Assembly (NCBI GenBank): GCA_963674945.2
Contig: CAXXWQ010000004.1
Span: 1,248,001 to 1,312,000, forward strand
DNA: 64,000 nucleotides
Direction of reading: 5' to 3'
From: an uncultured Desulfosarcina sp.
GTDB lineage: Bacteria; Desulfobacterota; Desulfobacteria; Desulfobacterales; Desulfosarcinaceae
Part shown: positions 29,417 through 39,337 of the stretch, piece by piece
Layout of the letters: each line of letters opens with the position of its first letter
Numbering within the stretch: the stretch's first letter is position 1
The notes under the pieces: generated by a model
Told to the model about the DNA's origin: nothing
Database searches by the model: none
What the model saw: the letters and a program-made list of their open reading frames with translations, nothing else
Position numbers and translations under genes: made by a program

Positions 29417-30580
29417 TCAATGGGAGCACCCTCATGTATCTTCGGCGCAATGGGAAGGAGCGACCAAGGGATCGGGATCTTTATGCGTGGAAACCCTTTT
29501 GCGCCGGAGCCGTTGAAAAGCACCCGATAGGATCCTTCGTACCGGTGAGATGGAAAGAAACAGAAGAAACAGGGCGCAAACCAGCTCCACAGCATAGGGC
29601 ATGGCCTCGGTGGTCTTTCCCACCACCGCCTGGGCTGAGATTCCGAAGACACCGTAGATCCAGTCCACCGCAAGGCCCAGCCCCATCGCGCAAAGGGCGA
29701 TCGTACTCAGATAAATGGCGGTTGCCCGTTTTCCCAAAATCCCCACGAGAACCGTCAGGGAGGTGATGTTGGTGGCCGGCCCGGTCATCAAAAAGACCAG
29801 GGCGGCACCGGGACTCACGCCCTGGAGAATCAGAGCGGCGGCGATGGGCGTGGAGGCGGTGGCGCAGATGTAGATGGGAATGCCCACTGCCAGCATGATG
29901 GCCATGGCGCCGATTCCACCGCCCATGTATCGACCGAAAAAGGATTCGGGAATCAGTGTGGTAATCAGGCCGGAAAGCCCAATACCAACCAGGAACCATA
30001 CGGCCAGATCCCCCCATACATCGGTGAAGGCGAACCGAACACCGGCTCTCAGCTTCTCAAAAAAACTGTGGTGACGACGATGCACCGACGGATCGCAATT
30101 CTGACCGTCGCAACAGCCGTCCACCGGACAGGAAAGATCCGGAGCAACGGGGTGGCGGGTGGCTTCGGCGTTGCCGAAGAGGTTTTCCGCCACGCCGGCG
30201 GTGAACGCGGTGATGAAGGCGGCAACGGGCCGCACCACGGTCATAATGGGATCCAACAGGGCATAGGTGATGGCGATGGAATCCACGCCCGATTCCGGCG
30301 TTGAAATCAGAAAGGATGTGACGGCGCCGTTGTTGGCACCCTGCCGCTTCAGCGCAGTGGCGGCGGGCAAAACGCCGCAGGAACATAAGGGGATGGGAAT
30401 TCCCAGTATTGATGCCTTGAAGACCGGTAAAAACCGGCCCTTTCCCAGGTGTCGGGATACGGCACCCGGGGTGAGGTAGACACGCAACAGGCCGCTGACC
30501 AGCAATCCGAGCAGGATGTAAAAGGATGCATCCAGCAAAAGATCCCAGGATGCAATCAAAATTTCGGTAATGAGGTTCAT
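29417..30580 (-). CDS. SO_0444/ArsP(DUF318)-type metal permease, probably extended through UGA 29432-29434 (Sec) to the stop at 29417
   Basis: 'PLCSCGVLP', 'STPESGVDS', 'YICATASTP', 'GPATN', and a Cys/His loop 'SCPVDGCCDGQNCD...HRRHH'. Tail reads CAEDT-TGA-GCSH-TGA. Family call is more certain than the readthrough. Confidence 0.85.
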
Positions 30581-30594
30581 GAAATAAGACTCCT

Positions 30595-30987
30595 TTACGG
30601 CTCCCTCACATGGTCCAGCCCGACCGCGACCAAGCTTTCCACATGATCGTCATCGATTCGGTAGTAGAGAACCTGGCCCTCCCGACGGGGCTTGACCACG
30701 GCGAGTTCACGCATCCGGCGAAGCTGATGGGAAACCGCCGATTCACTCAGGCCCAAAAAGGCCGCGATGTCGCACACGCACATTTCTCCACCCCGCAGGG
30801 CAATGATGATCTTCAGCCGCGTGGGATCCCCCATGATCTTGTAGATCCGGGTGAGTCGTACCAAATCATCGTCATCGATGGCCTCGGCTCTGGCCCGTAC
30901 GACCCTGTCCAGGTGGACCATGCGCACATCACAGGTCTCCGAATCACAAAATGCCGTTTGTCTGCTTTTTTCCACATCGGTCTCCAC
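30595..30987 (-). CDS. ArsR/SmtB (CadC-like) metalloregulator
   Basis: 'KIMGDPTRLKII', 'EMCVCDIA', 'SAVSHQLR', 'DDHV...H'. N-terminal Cys pair. Confidence 0.93.
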   Translation of the reverse strand: METDVEKSRQTAFCDSETCDVRMVHLDRVVRARAEAIDDDDLVRLTRIYKIMGDPTRLKIIIALRGGEMCVCDIAAFLGLSESAVSHQLRRMRELAVVKPRREGQVLYYRIDDDHVESLVAVGLDHVREP

Positions 30988-30996
30988 GAAGATTAA

Positions 30997-31042
30997 TATA
31001 TGAATATGTGTTCAAATATAGTTTTTTAAGTCTCTTTGTCAA
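30997..31042 (-). promoter_or_regulatory. SmtB/CzrA-type operator overlapping a sigma70 promoter
   Basis: tatATGAA-N6-TTCAaata palindrome (30997-31018). TTGACA-N16-TATATT on the minus strand. Confidence 0.75.
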
Positions 31043-31057
31043 GTTGGGTGCAACGGC

Positions 31058-31203
31058 AAAACAAATTCCTAATCTCAAGCACCAAAAAAAAACGGTTCAT
31101 GAACCTAAATATGAAACTTCCATTTTCCGGTTGGGTCGTTTGGGATTTGAAAAATTGATTATTATGATTTGTTTGTGATTTGGATTTTATTTTTTGGGAT
31201 TTA
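31058..31203. repeat. AT-rich low-complexity inverted repeat (AAAT-CC/ATTT-GG type units)
   Basis: aaacaaattcctaatctcaagcaccaaa ... atttgtttgtgatttggattttattttttgggattt. Confidence 0.5.
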
Positions 31204-31866
31204 GTCTTGTGTGGGGTTGGTCAGAAAGGTATTCCGCAAGCGATCAAGGTCTTCGGCAGAAAGAAAGGTAACGGGTTTGCCGGTGCTCAAGGCGCGGTAG
31301 TAGGCCTTGGCCGTCTTTTCCAGCAACTCGGCGTTTTTCCATGCGATTGTCAGATCTTTTCCCAGGCTCAAGGCACCATGATTTTGCAATATATAACAAT
31401 AACAACCATTTGATAAGGACTTCTTCACGTTTTCGACAAGCTGGTCGCTGCCGGAGAGGGCATAGGGGACGACATCTACGGATTCTCCGACGGATAAGAC
31501 CACTTCATCAAACAGGGAAGGAATCTTCTGGTTGATCAGGGAAAAGACGCTGGCATAGGGCTGATGGGTATGGACCACGGCCCCCACGTCGCTCCGGCTT
31601 TCGTAGACGCCGATGTGCATAGCGGTCTCCATGGAGGGCGCAAGTTTTCCATCGATTTGATTCTGTTTGAAATCCACCACACAGATGTCTGCCGGAGAAA
31701 GTTCCATATAGGGTTGCCCCGAAGGGGTGATCACCAAAAGCGGCTGTCCCGGAACGCGAACGGAGACGTTTCCCACCGCACTGAATTGCGATCCGAAATA
31801 GCCTTGCTCCCACAGCCACCTGCAGCATGCGATCACTTCTTTACGGAAGGTAAGGTATTTTTCCAT
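31201..31866 (-). CDS. Class II aldolase/adducin family protein (FucA-like)
   Basis: 'GNVSVR', 'ITPSG', 'PSMETAMH', 'VVHTHQ', 'LQNHGA'. Confidence 0.9.
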   Translation of the reverse strand: MEKYLTFRKEVIACCRWLWEQGYFGSQFSAVGNVSVRVPGQPLLVITPSGQPYMELSPADICVVDFKQNQIDGKLAPSMETAMHIGVYESRSDVGAVVHTHQPYASVFSLINQKIPSLFDEVVLSVGESVDVVPYALSGSDQLVENVKKSLSNGCYCYILQNHGALSLGKDLTIAWKNAELLEKTAKAYYRALSTGKPVTFLSAEDLDRLRNTFLTNPTQD

Positions 31867-32463
31867 GGAAATGAAATGTAAGAGGACCGATTATTTCAGC
31901 CCTGGTTCATCCCTCGTCTTTTTATTTTTTTGCGGCAACCGGATTCGAACTGGTGACTCACCTTCTGGCCATCGGCAAACAAGGGCCGGCAGGAGATTTC
32001 CGTAGCACGGGCAGTATCCAAAGTCAAAACCGTTGAAAATTTTGGTCGCACTGAACCCCGCAAAGATCACTGGATCATCACTCCGGTGAATTGTCATAAT
32101 AGGCCAAATAAATGCCAATATATTTTTGAAGGTCACCATTGTTCTCAGCAAAACAAGCGTTGCTTTTTTCAAGAGAGAAGCCAAAAAATAATCCGGCGAC
32201 TTCTTGATGAATACACGCCGCACACCAATAGCAGCGAATAATGGAAATCGCCTGTCTTCATCGTTAGTGATGTTACATAGAAAGTACTTCCACAAAGCCA
32301 AACACAATCCACGAATATCTTCATGATGCCACCCGAGTTGATAGCGGTAGTTTATGCTTGACCTGTGAAGTAATATTGAGTACTTTCTGAGCAATAACTA
32401 CTTTCTTACTGCACGCATTTTTCAATAATGGTCAGGCAAAGATAGCTGCTTTACGTAAAGAGC

Positions 32464-32676
32464 ATGAATACAACACCAAAAAAGGCTGGTGAGAAACGGA
32501 TTATGTTTGTTCCGGATCACACCAGAACGCTAAGGATATTCAAAGATATAAATGGAATCGGCGTTGATTTGTATACGAACCATACAATGCATGATGGCGT
32601 GATCGTCGAGCCAACCACGAATATAAAAGTCTATATGGAACCGGACAAACTGGAACGAATCGGGGCAAAGCTTTAA
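32464..32676 (+). CDS. Short hypothetical protein or gene fragment
   Basis: Protein-like 70-aa ORF in the AT-rich patch. No family recognised. Confidence 0.35.
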   Translation: MNTTPKKAGEKRIMFVPDHTRTLRIFKDINGIGVDLYTNHTMHDGVIVEPTTNIKVYMEPDKLERIGAKL

Positions 32677-33104
32677 CATCCGCAAAATAAATAGCGCAAT
32701 CTTGACTAACCAGCTTATATCCCCCGCCCTACATCCATATTCTCGAGAAAAGCACGATTTTCGGTATTTTGGTTGTTTAATTGCCGTTTGACAGCGGGCT
32801 GGGACTGGAATAGTAGATAATCAGGGCAACCCTATATCGGCAGCGATTGCTATCCCGTCAGGATTGGTGTTGGCACCAATTGTTGCCTTTTTGCAAAGCG
32901 TTATAATTTCTGTCCTTTGTTACTTTGGTATTTTTCTTTACAGAAAGATGGTAAGGCTTTACCCACTGCTTACACACTCGACCGGGCGGGTTCTGGCATT
33001 TTTGGAAAGCATAACACTTTGCTGGTAAGGGCGCGCAGAAAAACCACACGCCTCACAACAAAACTGTATGTTGCTTAAGAAATCGATATAAACAGGTCAA
33101 GGTA

Positions 33105-33182
33105 ATGCCGAAGAAAAAAATAGTGATTTTGAATGGATCGAGAAACGGTGATGACGATTTAACATCTTTTTTCCCACCTTGA
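33105..33182 (+). pseudogene. N-terminal stub of a flavodoxin/NAD(P)H-dependent FMN reductase-like gene
   Basis: Translates MPKKKIVILNGSRNGDDD.., then stops. Confidence 0.4.
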
Positions 33183-33284
33183 ATGATGTCGTGGACGTGA
33201 TGCTGAAGTGAAAGGACTGATCAAGATCATGAAAGCGGGAAAAGTGTTACCCCATTTTCCTCGGAAATTGTGCCATAATTAGCA

Positions 33285-33419
33285 ATGCCGCACATTGCCT
33301 GGATTCAGAACTTCAGGCGCTTGGTTGTGAGGTATGAATACCATGTTGAGAATTTTCTCGCTCTCGTCCAGCTTGGATGCTCTATGATTTTGTTTCGTTT
33401 ATTTTGAGATGACTTGTAG
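33285..33419 (+). mobile_element. IS5-family transposase 3' remnant with terminal repeat
   Basis: Translates '..[37 protein letters not shown]', typical of IS5 DDE C-termini, followed by 'ttttgagatgacttgtag'. Confidence 0.75.
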
Positions 33420-33479
33420 TATTATTCTGAAAAAATCAGATTTATAAAATCAATTTGGTTGATGAAAGAAAAAAAGAAT

Positions 33480-33667
33480 TATGACAAATGGGGTATGCAA
33501 AGTCCAGAGCATACGCGACTGGCTCATGTAAAAAACTATTTTGTGGGGAACACCTGGAATGTAATGTACTGTCAGGTGAAAGTGAATGCAGAAATCCTGA
33601 TATTGCAAGATAATTCATGTTAGGTTTCGGAATTTGCGTAAAAAAATTGATGGAACTTGCAGGATAG
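33480..33667 (+). pseudogene. DUF2284-like metal-binding protein remnant
   Basis: Translates 'GYAKSRAYATGSCKKLFCGEHLECNVLSGESECRNPDIAR*FMLGFGICVKKLMELAG*', with an internal stop at the usual 'ARPSM.GFGI' motif. Confidence 0.6.
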
Positions 33668-33696
33668 AAATTTAAAAAAGTGATTCGAGGTGGTAG

Positions 33697-34050
33697 ATGA
33701 ACCCAGCACCAATAAAAAACGAAATCTCTTTCGAGGATTTTGAAAAACTCGATATTCGAGTCGGTACAATCACATTTGTAACCGAGGTTAAAAAGTCCAA
33801 TAAACTGATGAAGTTAACGGTTGACTTTGGTGATCACACACGGTCAATCCTTGCAGGAATAAAAAAAGAACGTGAAAACCCAAAAGAAATCGAAAACAAA
33901 CAAGCTCTTTTTGTGGTAAATCTTCCTGAAAGAAAAATGGCTGGAGAGGTGTCTCAAGGAATGCTCTTTGATATCGGATATGCAGATGATGTTAAACCAT
34001 GTCTCGCCATACCCGAAAATCCAATTCCCAATGGAACCAGAGCAGGATAA
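33697..34050 (+). CDS. tRNA-binding protein (CsaA/Trbp111 OB fold)
   Basis: 'ISFEDFEKLDIRVGTI', 'VVNLPERKMAGEVSQGM'. Confidence 0.9.
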   Translation: MNPAPIKNEISFEDFEKLDIRVGTITFVTEVKKSNKLMKLTVDFGDHTRSILAGIKKERENPKEIENKQALFVVNLPERKMAGEVSQGMLFDIGYADDVKPCLAIPENPIPNGTRAG

Positions 34051-34250
34051 GGATAGCATGCAGGAAAAAATGGACACACCAAGTTAACTGCTTGAATAAA
34101 TATTATATGTTTTTTAAAATCGCCTATTTTTTGTTGGAATATCGCCTTTTGATCAGCCGGAACCGTAATTAAACGGTGCTGCCCACCGTTTAACGGGTGC
34201 GAGATGCAAGCCATCTCTCGCGCCCATTATGCCGTGGATAGAGATGAATA

Positions 34251-34688
34251 ATGAAAATTTCAAGAGTGACAATAATAACGCTTGGCGTAGCCGACTTAGG
34301 CAAAGCGACAGAATTCTATGAAGCCGTACTTGGCACTCCTCCCAATATATCGGAAGGGATTACCTTTATAGAACTTCCCGGAACGTGGATCGCTCTTTAT
34401 CCTTTTGAGAAACTTGCAGAAGACATCTCGCCTGATGTTCCTATTACGCGTAACTGGTTTAGTGGCATCACACTTGCTCACAACGCACGCAGCAAGGATG
34501 AAGTCGTTGAAATCATAAAACGTGCAAAATCGGCGGGTGCCAGGATCGTTAAAGAACCGCAAGATACTTTTTGGGGAGGCTTCAGCGGATACTTCTCCGA
34601 TCTTGATGGTTATTACTGGGAAGTAGCCTGGGGGCCGATGTTTGCGTTTACAGAAAATGGTGAAATGAAATACAAAGAAGACGCGTAA
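34251..34688 (+). CDS. VOC/glyoxalase family protein
   Basis: 'ITLGVADL...FYE', 'ITLAHN', 'DTFWGGFSGYFSDLDGYYWEVA'. Confidence 0.9.
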   Translation: MKISRVTIITLGVADLGKATEFYEAVLGTPPNISEGITFIELPGTWIALYPFEKLAEDISPDVPITRNWFSGITLAHNARSKDEVVEIIKRAKSAGARIVKEPQDTFWGGFSGYFSDLDGYYWEVAWGPMFAFTENGEMKYKEDA

Positions 34689-34740
34689 TGAGGCAAAGTC
34701 AATCTACGAAAAAACGCGCCTCTGATTTGCGGCGCTATGC
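34683..34740 (+). other. Degenerate integron attC-like site (58 bp)
   Basis: GCGTAAT (contains the VOC stop), GCAAAgTCA...TGATTTGC (one extra base) and GCTATGC. R''/L''/L'/R' layout with mismatches in both R boxes. Confidence 0.55.
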
Positions 34741-34762
34741 ATTTCAATATAAAGGAGACGAC

Positions 34763-35209
34763 GTGAAAAAAACAAACAAGATTGGGATAATTATTTGTGA
34801 CCGTTATCGGAGATGTGCCGGGGGAAAATGTTTCAGGTCACTCAAAAACCGTGAGGGAGCATTCAGCAGATACAAGGATATGGAAGTCGAGGTCGTTGGA
34901 TACACCAGTTGCGACGGGTGCCCCGGGGGAAACATCGAATATGCCGTGGACGAAATGAGAGCAAACGGAGCGGAGATAATCCATTTGGCCACCGGCCTGA
35001 TTGTCGGGTATCCGCCATGCCCTCATGTCGTCTATTTTCATGATTATATCGAAACGAAGTATGGCCTTGAAGTCGTATACGGCACCCATCCCATCCCGGA
35101 AAAGTATCTGAAGATGCATGAAGAACTGGCAACATGGGACAGCAATGAATGGCAGACGATCATTATACCGACGATGAATGATAAAAAGACCCGCCTGGCT
35201 TACAACTAA
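34763..35209 (+). CDS. CGGC domain protein
   Basis: 'KIGIIICDRYRRCAGGKCF', 'SCDGCPG', 'IHLAT...PPCP', 'YGTH'. GTG start after aaggag. Confidence 0.88.
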   Translation: MKKTNKIGIIICDRYRRCAGGKCFRSLKNREGAFSRYKDMEVEVVGYTSCDGCPGGNIEYAVDEMRANGAEIIHLATGLIVGYPPCPHVVYFHDYIETKYGLEVVYGTHPIPEKYLKMHEELATWDSNEWQTIIIPTMNDKKTRLAYN

Positions 35210-35353
35210 TAATCGTTGAAGCGCTAAGGTACCCGCAACGGTTTTTTTGCTCATGCAATTGCGTAAGCCGGTATCCTGTCCTTGCAAATTGAGTAAGAAA
35301 TGAATACAATAAAACATGGGGGCACCCGGTAAAGGGCGTCCCCATTTGAGCAT

Positions 35354-37576
35354 TTGCAACCCAAACGTAAAGGAAGGCTGAAATTGATTGAGAAGCTGAT
35401 TGATGCGGAAAGTTCCAGCGATGAAATTCTCTTTGCGCCACCTGATTATGCAATAGAACACGATTCTACGCAGGAAAGCCTGAACGCCGATCCAGTCGCA
35501 AACCTTGCGCAAAAGGAAGAAAACGACATTTCAATGGAGGACGCCGATCCTTCGGAAAACGAATCCGGCGCGTACATAAAAATCGGCCTGGGCATCGATG
35601 CAGGCGGAACCTATACGGATGCCGTTATCTATGATCTTGAACTGAATAAAACGCTATGCAAGGCAAAAGCCCTGACCACCAAATGGGATTTTACCGTCGG
35701 TATCAAAAGGGCAATGGAAAAGCTGGATCAAAAACTTTTTTCTGAAATTGAACTGATCTCGGTGTCCACGACGCTTGCCACCAACGCCATCGTGGAAAAT
35801 GAAGGTCAAACGGTCGGATTGCTTCTTATGTCGCCTTTTGGCCTTGAGGACTGTAAAAGTAACATCTACCGGCCCAATGCCCTCATCCAGGGAAAGCTGA
35901 AAATTACGGGAAAAGAGATCGAACCGGTAAATCCGGATGAGGTAAAGTCGGTCGTCAAGCAAATGATGGAGAATGATCATGTGACGGCATTTGCCGTATC
36001 CGGTTATGCAGGTTCCATCAACCCTCAGCATGAATTGAAGGTGAAAAAAATTATTCAGGAGGAGACAGGCGTTTTCGTGTCCTGCGGTCATGAATTGTCC
36101 GACACCCTCAACTTCGAGACCAGGGCGGCCACGACCACGCTCAATGCGCGGATTATCCCCAGGCTCAAAAGTTTAATCCTCGATCTAGAAAATACCATGG
36201 CCGGCTATGGTGTTACGGCGCCGATTGTTGTCGTCAAAGGGGATGGGACCCTTATGAGAAAGGAAATGGCAAATAATCGTCCTATCGAGACGATCCTTTC
36301 CGGACCTGCCGCCAGCGTCGCGGGAGCAAGACATCTGACAGGTCTTGCCGATGCCCTGGTAGTGGATATGGGCGGGACAACGACTGATACGGCTTCCCTG
36401 GCCTCCGGACTGGTCAACCTGAACGAACAGGGGGCCAGCGTCGGAGAACACCGAACCCATGTCTATGCCCTTGACATCCGGACCACCGGACTGGGAGGCG
36501 ATAGTCTGATCCTTCATGAAAACGGTAACTTTTTAATCGGTCCCAAACGGGTTGCGCCCATTTCCTGGCTAGGCCAAAATTATCCTGGCACATATACCGC
36601 CCTTGAATTTTTAGGCGACCGTCTCAAACATTTTATTCGCTCTACCGAAAGCATGCAGATTCTGACAAAGACTGGAGAAGTCAAATCCCTGCGACTCACG
36701 TCTCTGGAAGAACAAATTCTCTCCAAGCTTGAACAAAGGCCCTATTCCATAGATGAGCTGCTTCAGAATCCGGATGTCGAGGCGAGACTGTCATTGCCGT
36801 TACAGCGTCTTGAGGAAAATTTTATCATTCAACGATACGGACTGACACTTACAGACATTTTTCACATAAAGGGATTATTCGAAAAATGGAATACCAAATC
36901 AGCCAAAATATACGCTGGTTTCTATTCTTTCATAGCCGGAATACCTCTTTATGAGATGATCGATCACCTCTTGGAACTGGGAACAAAAAAACTCTCCCTC
37001 GAATTGCTGAAGCACTGTCTGGACAATATAAATACAACGGAACTGGATAACAACCCGGCATGGAAAACCCTGATTCACCTTCTTTTAAATGAACAGCACC
37101 CCAACTATGAGGTGGCGATTAACTTCAAACATCCGGTGGTCGGCATCGGGGCGCCCATTGGTTTTTTCCTGCCGGAAGCTGTCAGGCCCTTTAAAACGGA
37201 GGCGATAATTCCCGATGACGCCGATGTCGCCAATGCCATCGGCGCAATTACAAGCCACGTGTCGATCCGCAAACATCTTTGGATTATACCTGATTATAAA
37301 GGCGGTTTTATTGTGGAAGGTGTTTCCGGCATCCATCGGTTTAAAAGTCTTGGTGAAGCGGACGGCTATGCCAGAAGTGCGCTTACACATTTGCTTCGAG
37401 AACAGGCAGAAGAAGCCGGAACCAGTTGCAGAACCGTCAATTTTAAAACAGTCGATAAAAAATCGGAATTCGTTGGCAACAGACAAATTATATTGAAAAG
37501 ACACATTTATGCGAGCCTGAAAGGACGGCCGGATTTAGTGCTGAACAGAGGGAGAGGCAACATCCAACCCGGATAA
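35354..37576 (+). CDS. Hydantoinase/oxoprolinase family protein (start uncertain, probably 5'-truncated)
   Basis: 'GLGIDAGGTYTDA', 'STTLATNA', 'ETILSGPAAS', 'DMGGTTTD', 'GLGGDS', 'ANAIGA'. Confidence 0.85.
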   Translation: MQPKRKGRLKLIEKLIDAESSSDEILFAPPDYAIEHDSTQESLNADPVANLAQKEENDISMEDADPSENESGAYIKIGLGIDAGGTYTDAVIYDLELNKTLCKAKALTTKWDFTVGIKRAMEKLDQKLFSEIELISVSTTLATNAIVENEGQTVGLLLMSPFGLEDCKSNIYRPNALIQGKLKITGKEIEPVNPDEVKSVVKQMMENDHVTAFAVSGYAGSINPQHELKVKKIIQEETGVFVSCGHELSDTLNFETRAATTTLNARIIPRLKSLILDLENTMAGYGVTAPIVVVKGDGTLMRKEMANNRPIETILSGPAASVAGARHLTGLADALVVDMGGTTTDTASLASGLVNLNEQGASVGEHRTHVYALDIRTTGLGGDSLILHENGNFLIGPKRVAPISWLGQNYPGTYTALEFLGDRLKHFIRSTESMQILTKTGEVKSLRLTSLEEQILSKLEQRPYSIDELLQNPDVEARLSLPLQRLEENFIIQRYGLTLTDIFHIKGLFEKWNTKSAKIYAGFYSFIAGIPLYEMIDHLLELGTKKLSLELLKHCLDNINTTELDNNPAWKTLIHLLLNEQHPNYEVAINFKHPVVGIGAPIGFFLPEAVRPFKTEAIIPDDADVANAIGAITSHVSIRKHLWIIPDYKGGFIVEGVSGIHRFKSLGEADGYARSALTHLLREQAEEAGTSCRTVNFKTVDKKSEFVGNRQIILKRHIYASLKGRPDLVLNRGRGNIQPG

Positions 37577-37908
37577 GATTTTTCTCATACCGCAGGCATC
37601 GGGTAAAATGGCCATGTCTGAAAGGTTCGTGACCAGGGGAATATTGCGGGTGTCGCGCCATCCATCCGTCCACAGGCTCGAAATTTGTTTTTTAATCCTC
37701 ATTACGTTCATCACCAAAAATGCTTTTGGGTAATGAGTTGCTTTAACCCTGTCACAATCAAAGACCGTGCCGTCTTTTATTGAATACGTATCTTTCTGAA
37801 TTAATGCAAAATCCATCGATTACTGGACAGTCGTTCTGCTCAATATCCTGATGATATCAATTGATGTCACGCCTCAATGGTTTCACCAGTGACAGGCAAT
37901 GGTATGCG

Positions 37909-39324
37909 TTACGGCAGCCTCAGTACGGCTGCCTGCACCCAGTCCAGCAAGGGTGTCGGATAGAAGCCCACGCCGATGATCAGCGCAATCATGGCCGTGG
38001 CAACCAGGCGGCTGGAAAGAGAAAGATCAATGGCCGACACCGGACCGGCCGGCTCGTCGAGGTAGGCGGCCTTGAGTACCAGAAGGTAGTAGTAGAGAGA
38101 AATTACAACGTTGATCATGGCGATGATCACCAGGACGAGATAACCTTTTTGCATGGCGGCAACAAAGATAAAGAGTTTGCCGGAAAAGCCGATGGTTGGT
38201 GGAATGCCGCCAAGGCCGAAAAGGGAGAGCAGCAGGGCCAGGGCCAGCAGCGGTGAACGCCGATGCAGGCCTGCCAGTTCGCAGATCTGAAGGTTGCGGC
38301 CATCCGGGGCCACCCGAATCATGACCATGAAGCAGGTGAATTTCATGACCAATACTGCCGCGCCGTAGAACATGGCCGCTGCATACCCGGCCGGTGTCAT
38401 GCACAGCATGGCCAGCAGCAGATAACCGGCGTGGGCCACACTGGAAAATGCCATCAGGCGTTTGAAATCCTTTTGGGAAATGGCAGCCAGATTGCCAACG
38501 GTCATGGAAGCCACTGCCATTGCCATCATCCCCCTGGCCAGCATGTCGCCGCCGTCCTGGGCCAACGAGACGAGACGGATCAAAATGGCCACGGCCGCCA
38601 CCTTGGATACGGCGGCAATGAACGCAGCCACGGGATTGGGCGCACCCTCGTAAGCGTCCGGAGCCCAGAAATGGAAGGGAAAGACCGCCAGTTTGAAGAA
38701 GAATCCCGCCAGGGTGAGCAGCAGGCCGCCGGCTACCATGGGCTGATTCAACACGCCTGGCAGCACCCCGGTCAGACGGTCGACGTGCATGGTACCCGTG
38801 GCAGCGTAGACCAGTGACAATCCGAACAGCATAACCGCCGAAACGCTGGCCCCTACCAGGAAATAGCGCAATCCCGCCACCATGCCCCAGCGCCGCTCCC
38901 GCCGCATGAATACCAGCAAGTACAGGGAATAGCTGGACAGTTCGAGGGCCAGTACGATGGCCAACAGATGTACGGCGGAGGCCAGCATCATCATCGATAA
39001 TGTGCTTACACTGAATAGAAAATACCCTTCGGCGTGCTGCACCCACTGTATTCCATCCAAATCGTCACACAGGAACACCACAAGAAAAAAGCCCATGGCC
39101 AGAATGACCTTGAAGGTCTGTGAGAAGAGATCCACGCGATAGACGCCGCCAAACAAATCGCCGTTCATGGTGGCACAGGCGATGCTGGCCGCCAACGTTG
39201 CGGCCGCCATGGTCAGCGCCAGCACGTAAACGCGCGCCGGATCGGGTTTCAGGCAGGCCATGGTCAGAAATACGGCCGCGGCAGCCAAAAGTGTCAGTTC
39301 AGGGGTAAACAGAATCCAATCCAT
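37909..39324 (-). CDS. nuoN: NADH-quinone oxidoreductase subunit N
   Basis: 'FKLAVFPFHFWAPDAYEGAP', 'KRLMAFSSVAH'. Last gene of the operon. Confidence 0.93.
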   Translation of the reverse strand: MDWILFTPELTLLAAAAVFLTMACLKPDPARVYVLALTMAAATLAASIACATMNGDLFGGVYRVDLFSQTFKVILAMGFFLVVFLCDDLDGIQWVQHAEGYFLFSVSTLSMMMLASAVHLLAIVLALELSSYSLYLLVFMRRERRWGMVAGLRYFLVGASVSAVMLFGLSLVYAATGTMHVDRLTGVLPGVLNQPMVAGGLLLTLAGFFFKLAVFPFHFWAPDAYEGAPNPVAAFIAAVSKVAAVAILIRLVSLAQDGGDMLARGMMAMAVASMTVGNLAAISQKDFKRLMAFSSVAHAGYLLLAMLCMTPAGYAAAMFYGAAVLVMKFTCFMVMIRVAPDGRNLQICELAGLHRRSPLLALALLLSLFGLGGIPPTIGFSGKLFIFVAAMQKGYLVLVIIAMINVVISLYYYLLVLKAAYLDEPAGPVSAIDLSLSSRLVATAMIALIIGVGFYPTPLLDWVQAAVLRLP

Positions 39325-39337
39325 GGATATTTACATC

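Noticed and set aside
31930..32010. tRNA T-arm-like motif (accaGTTCGAATccggt) on the minus strand upstream of the aldolase
   Set aside because: No acceptor stem, D-arm or anticodon arm could be built, and the stem has a mismatch. No convincing riboswitch consensus either.
31891..32394. 167-aa minus-strand ORF in the AT-rich patch
   Set aside because: No RBS or recognisable family. May be decayed coding DNA but cannot be supported.
37535..37816. 93-aa minus-strand ORF with 'LVTNL', reminiscent of DDE transposases
   Set aside because: A single short motif, with no terminal repeats or other catalytic motifs.
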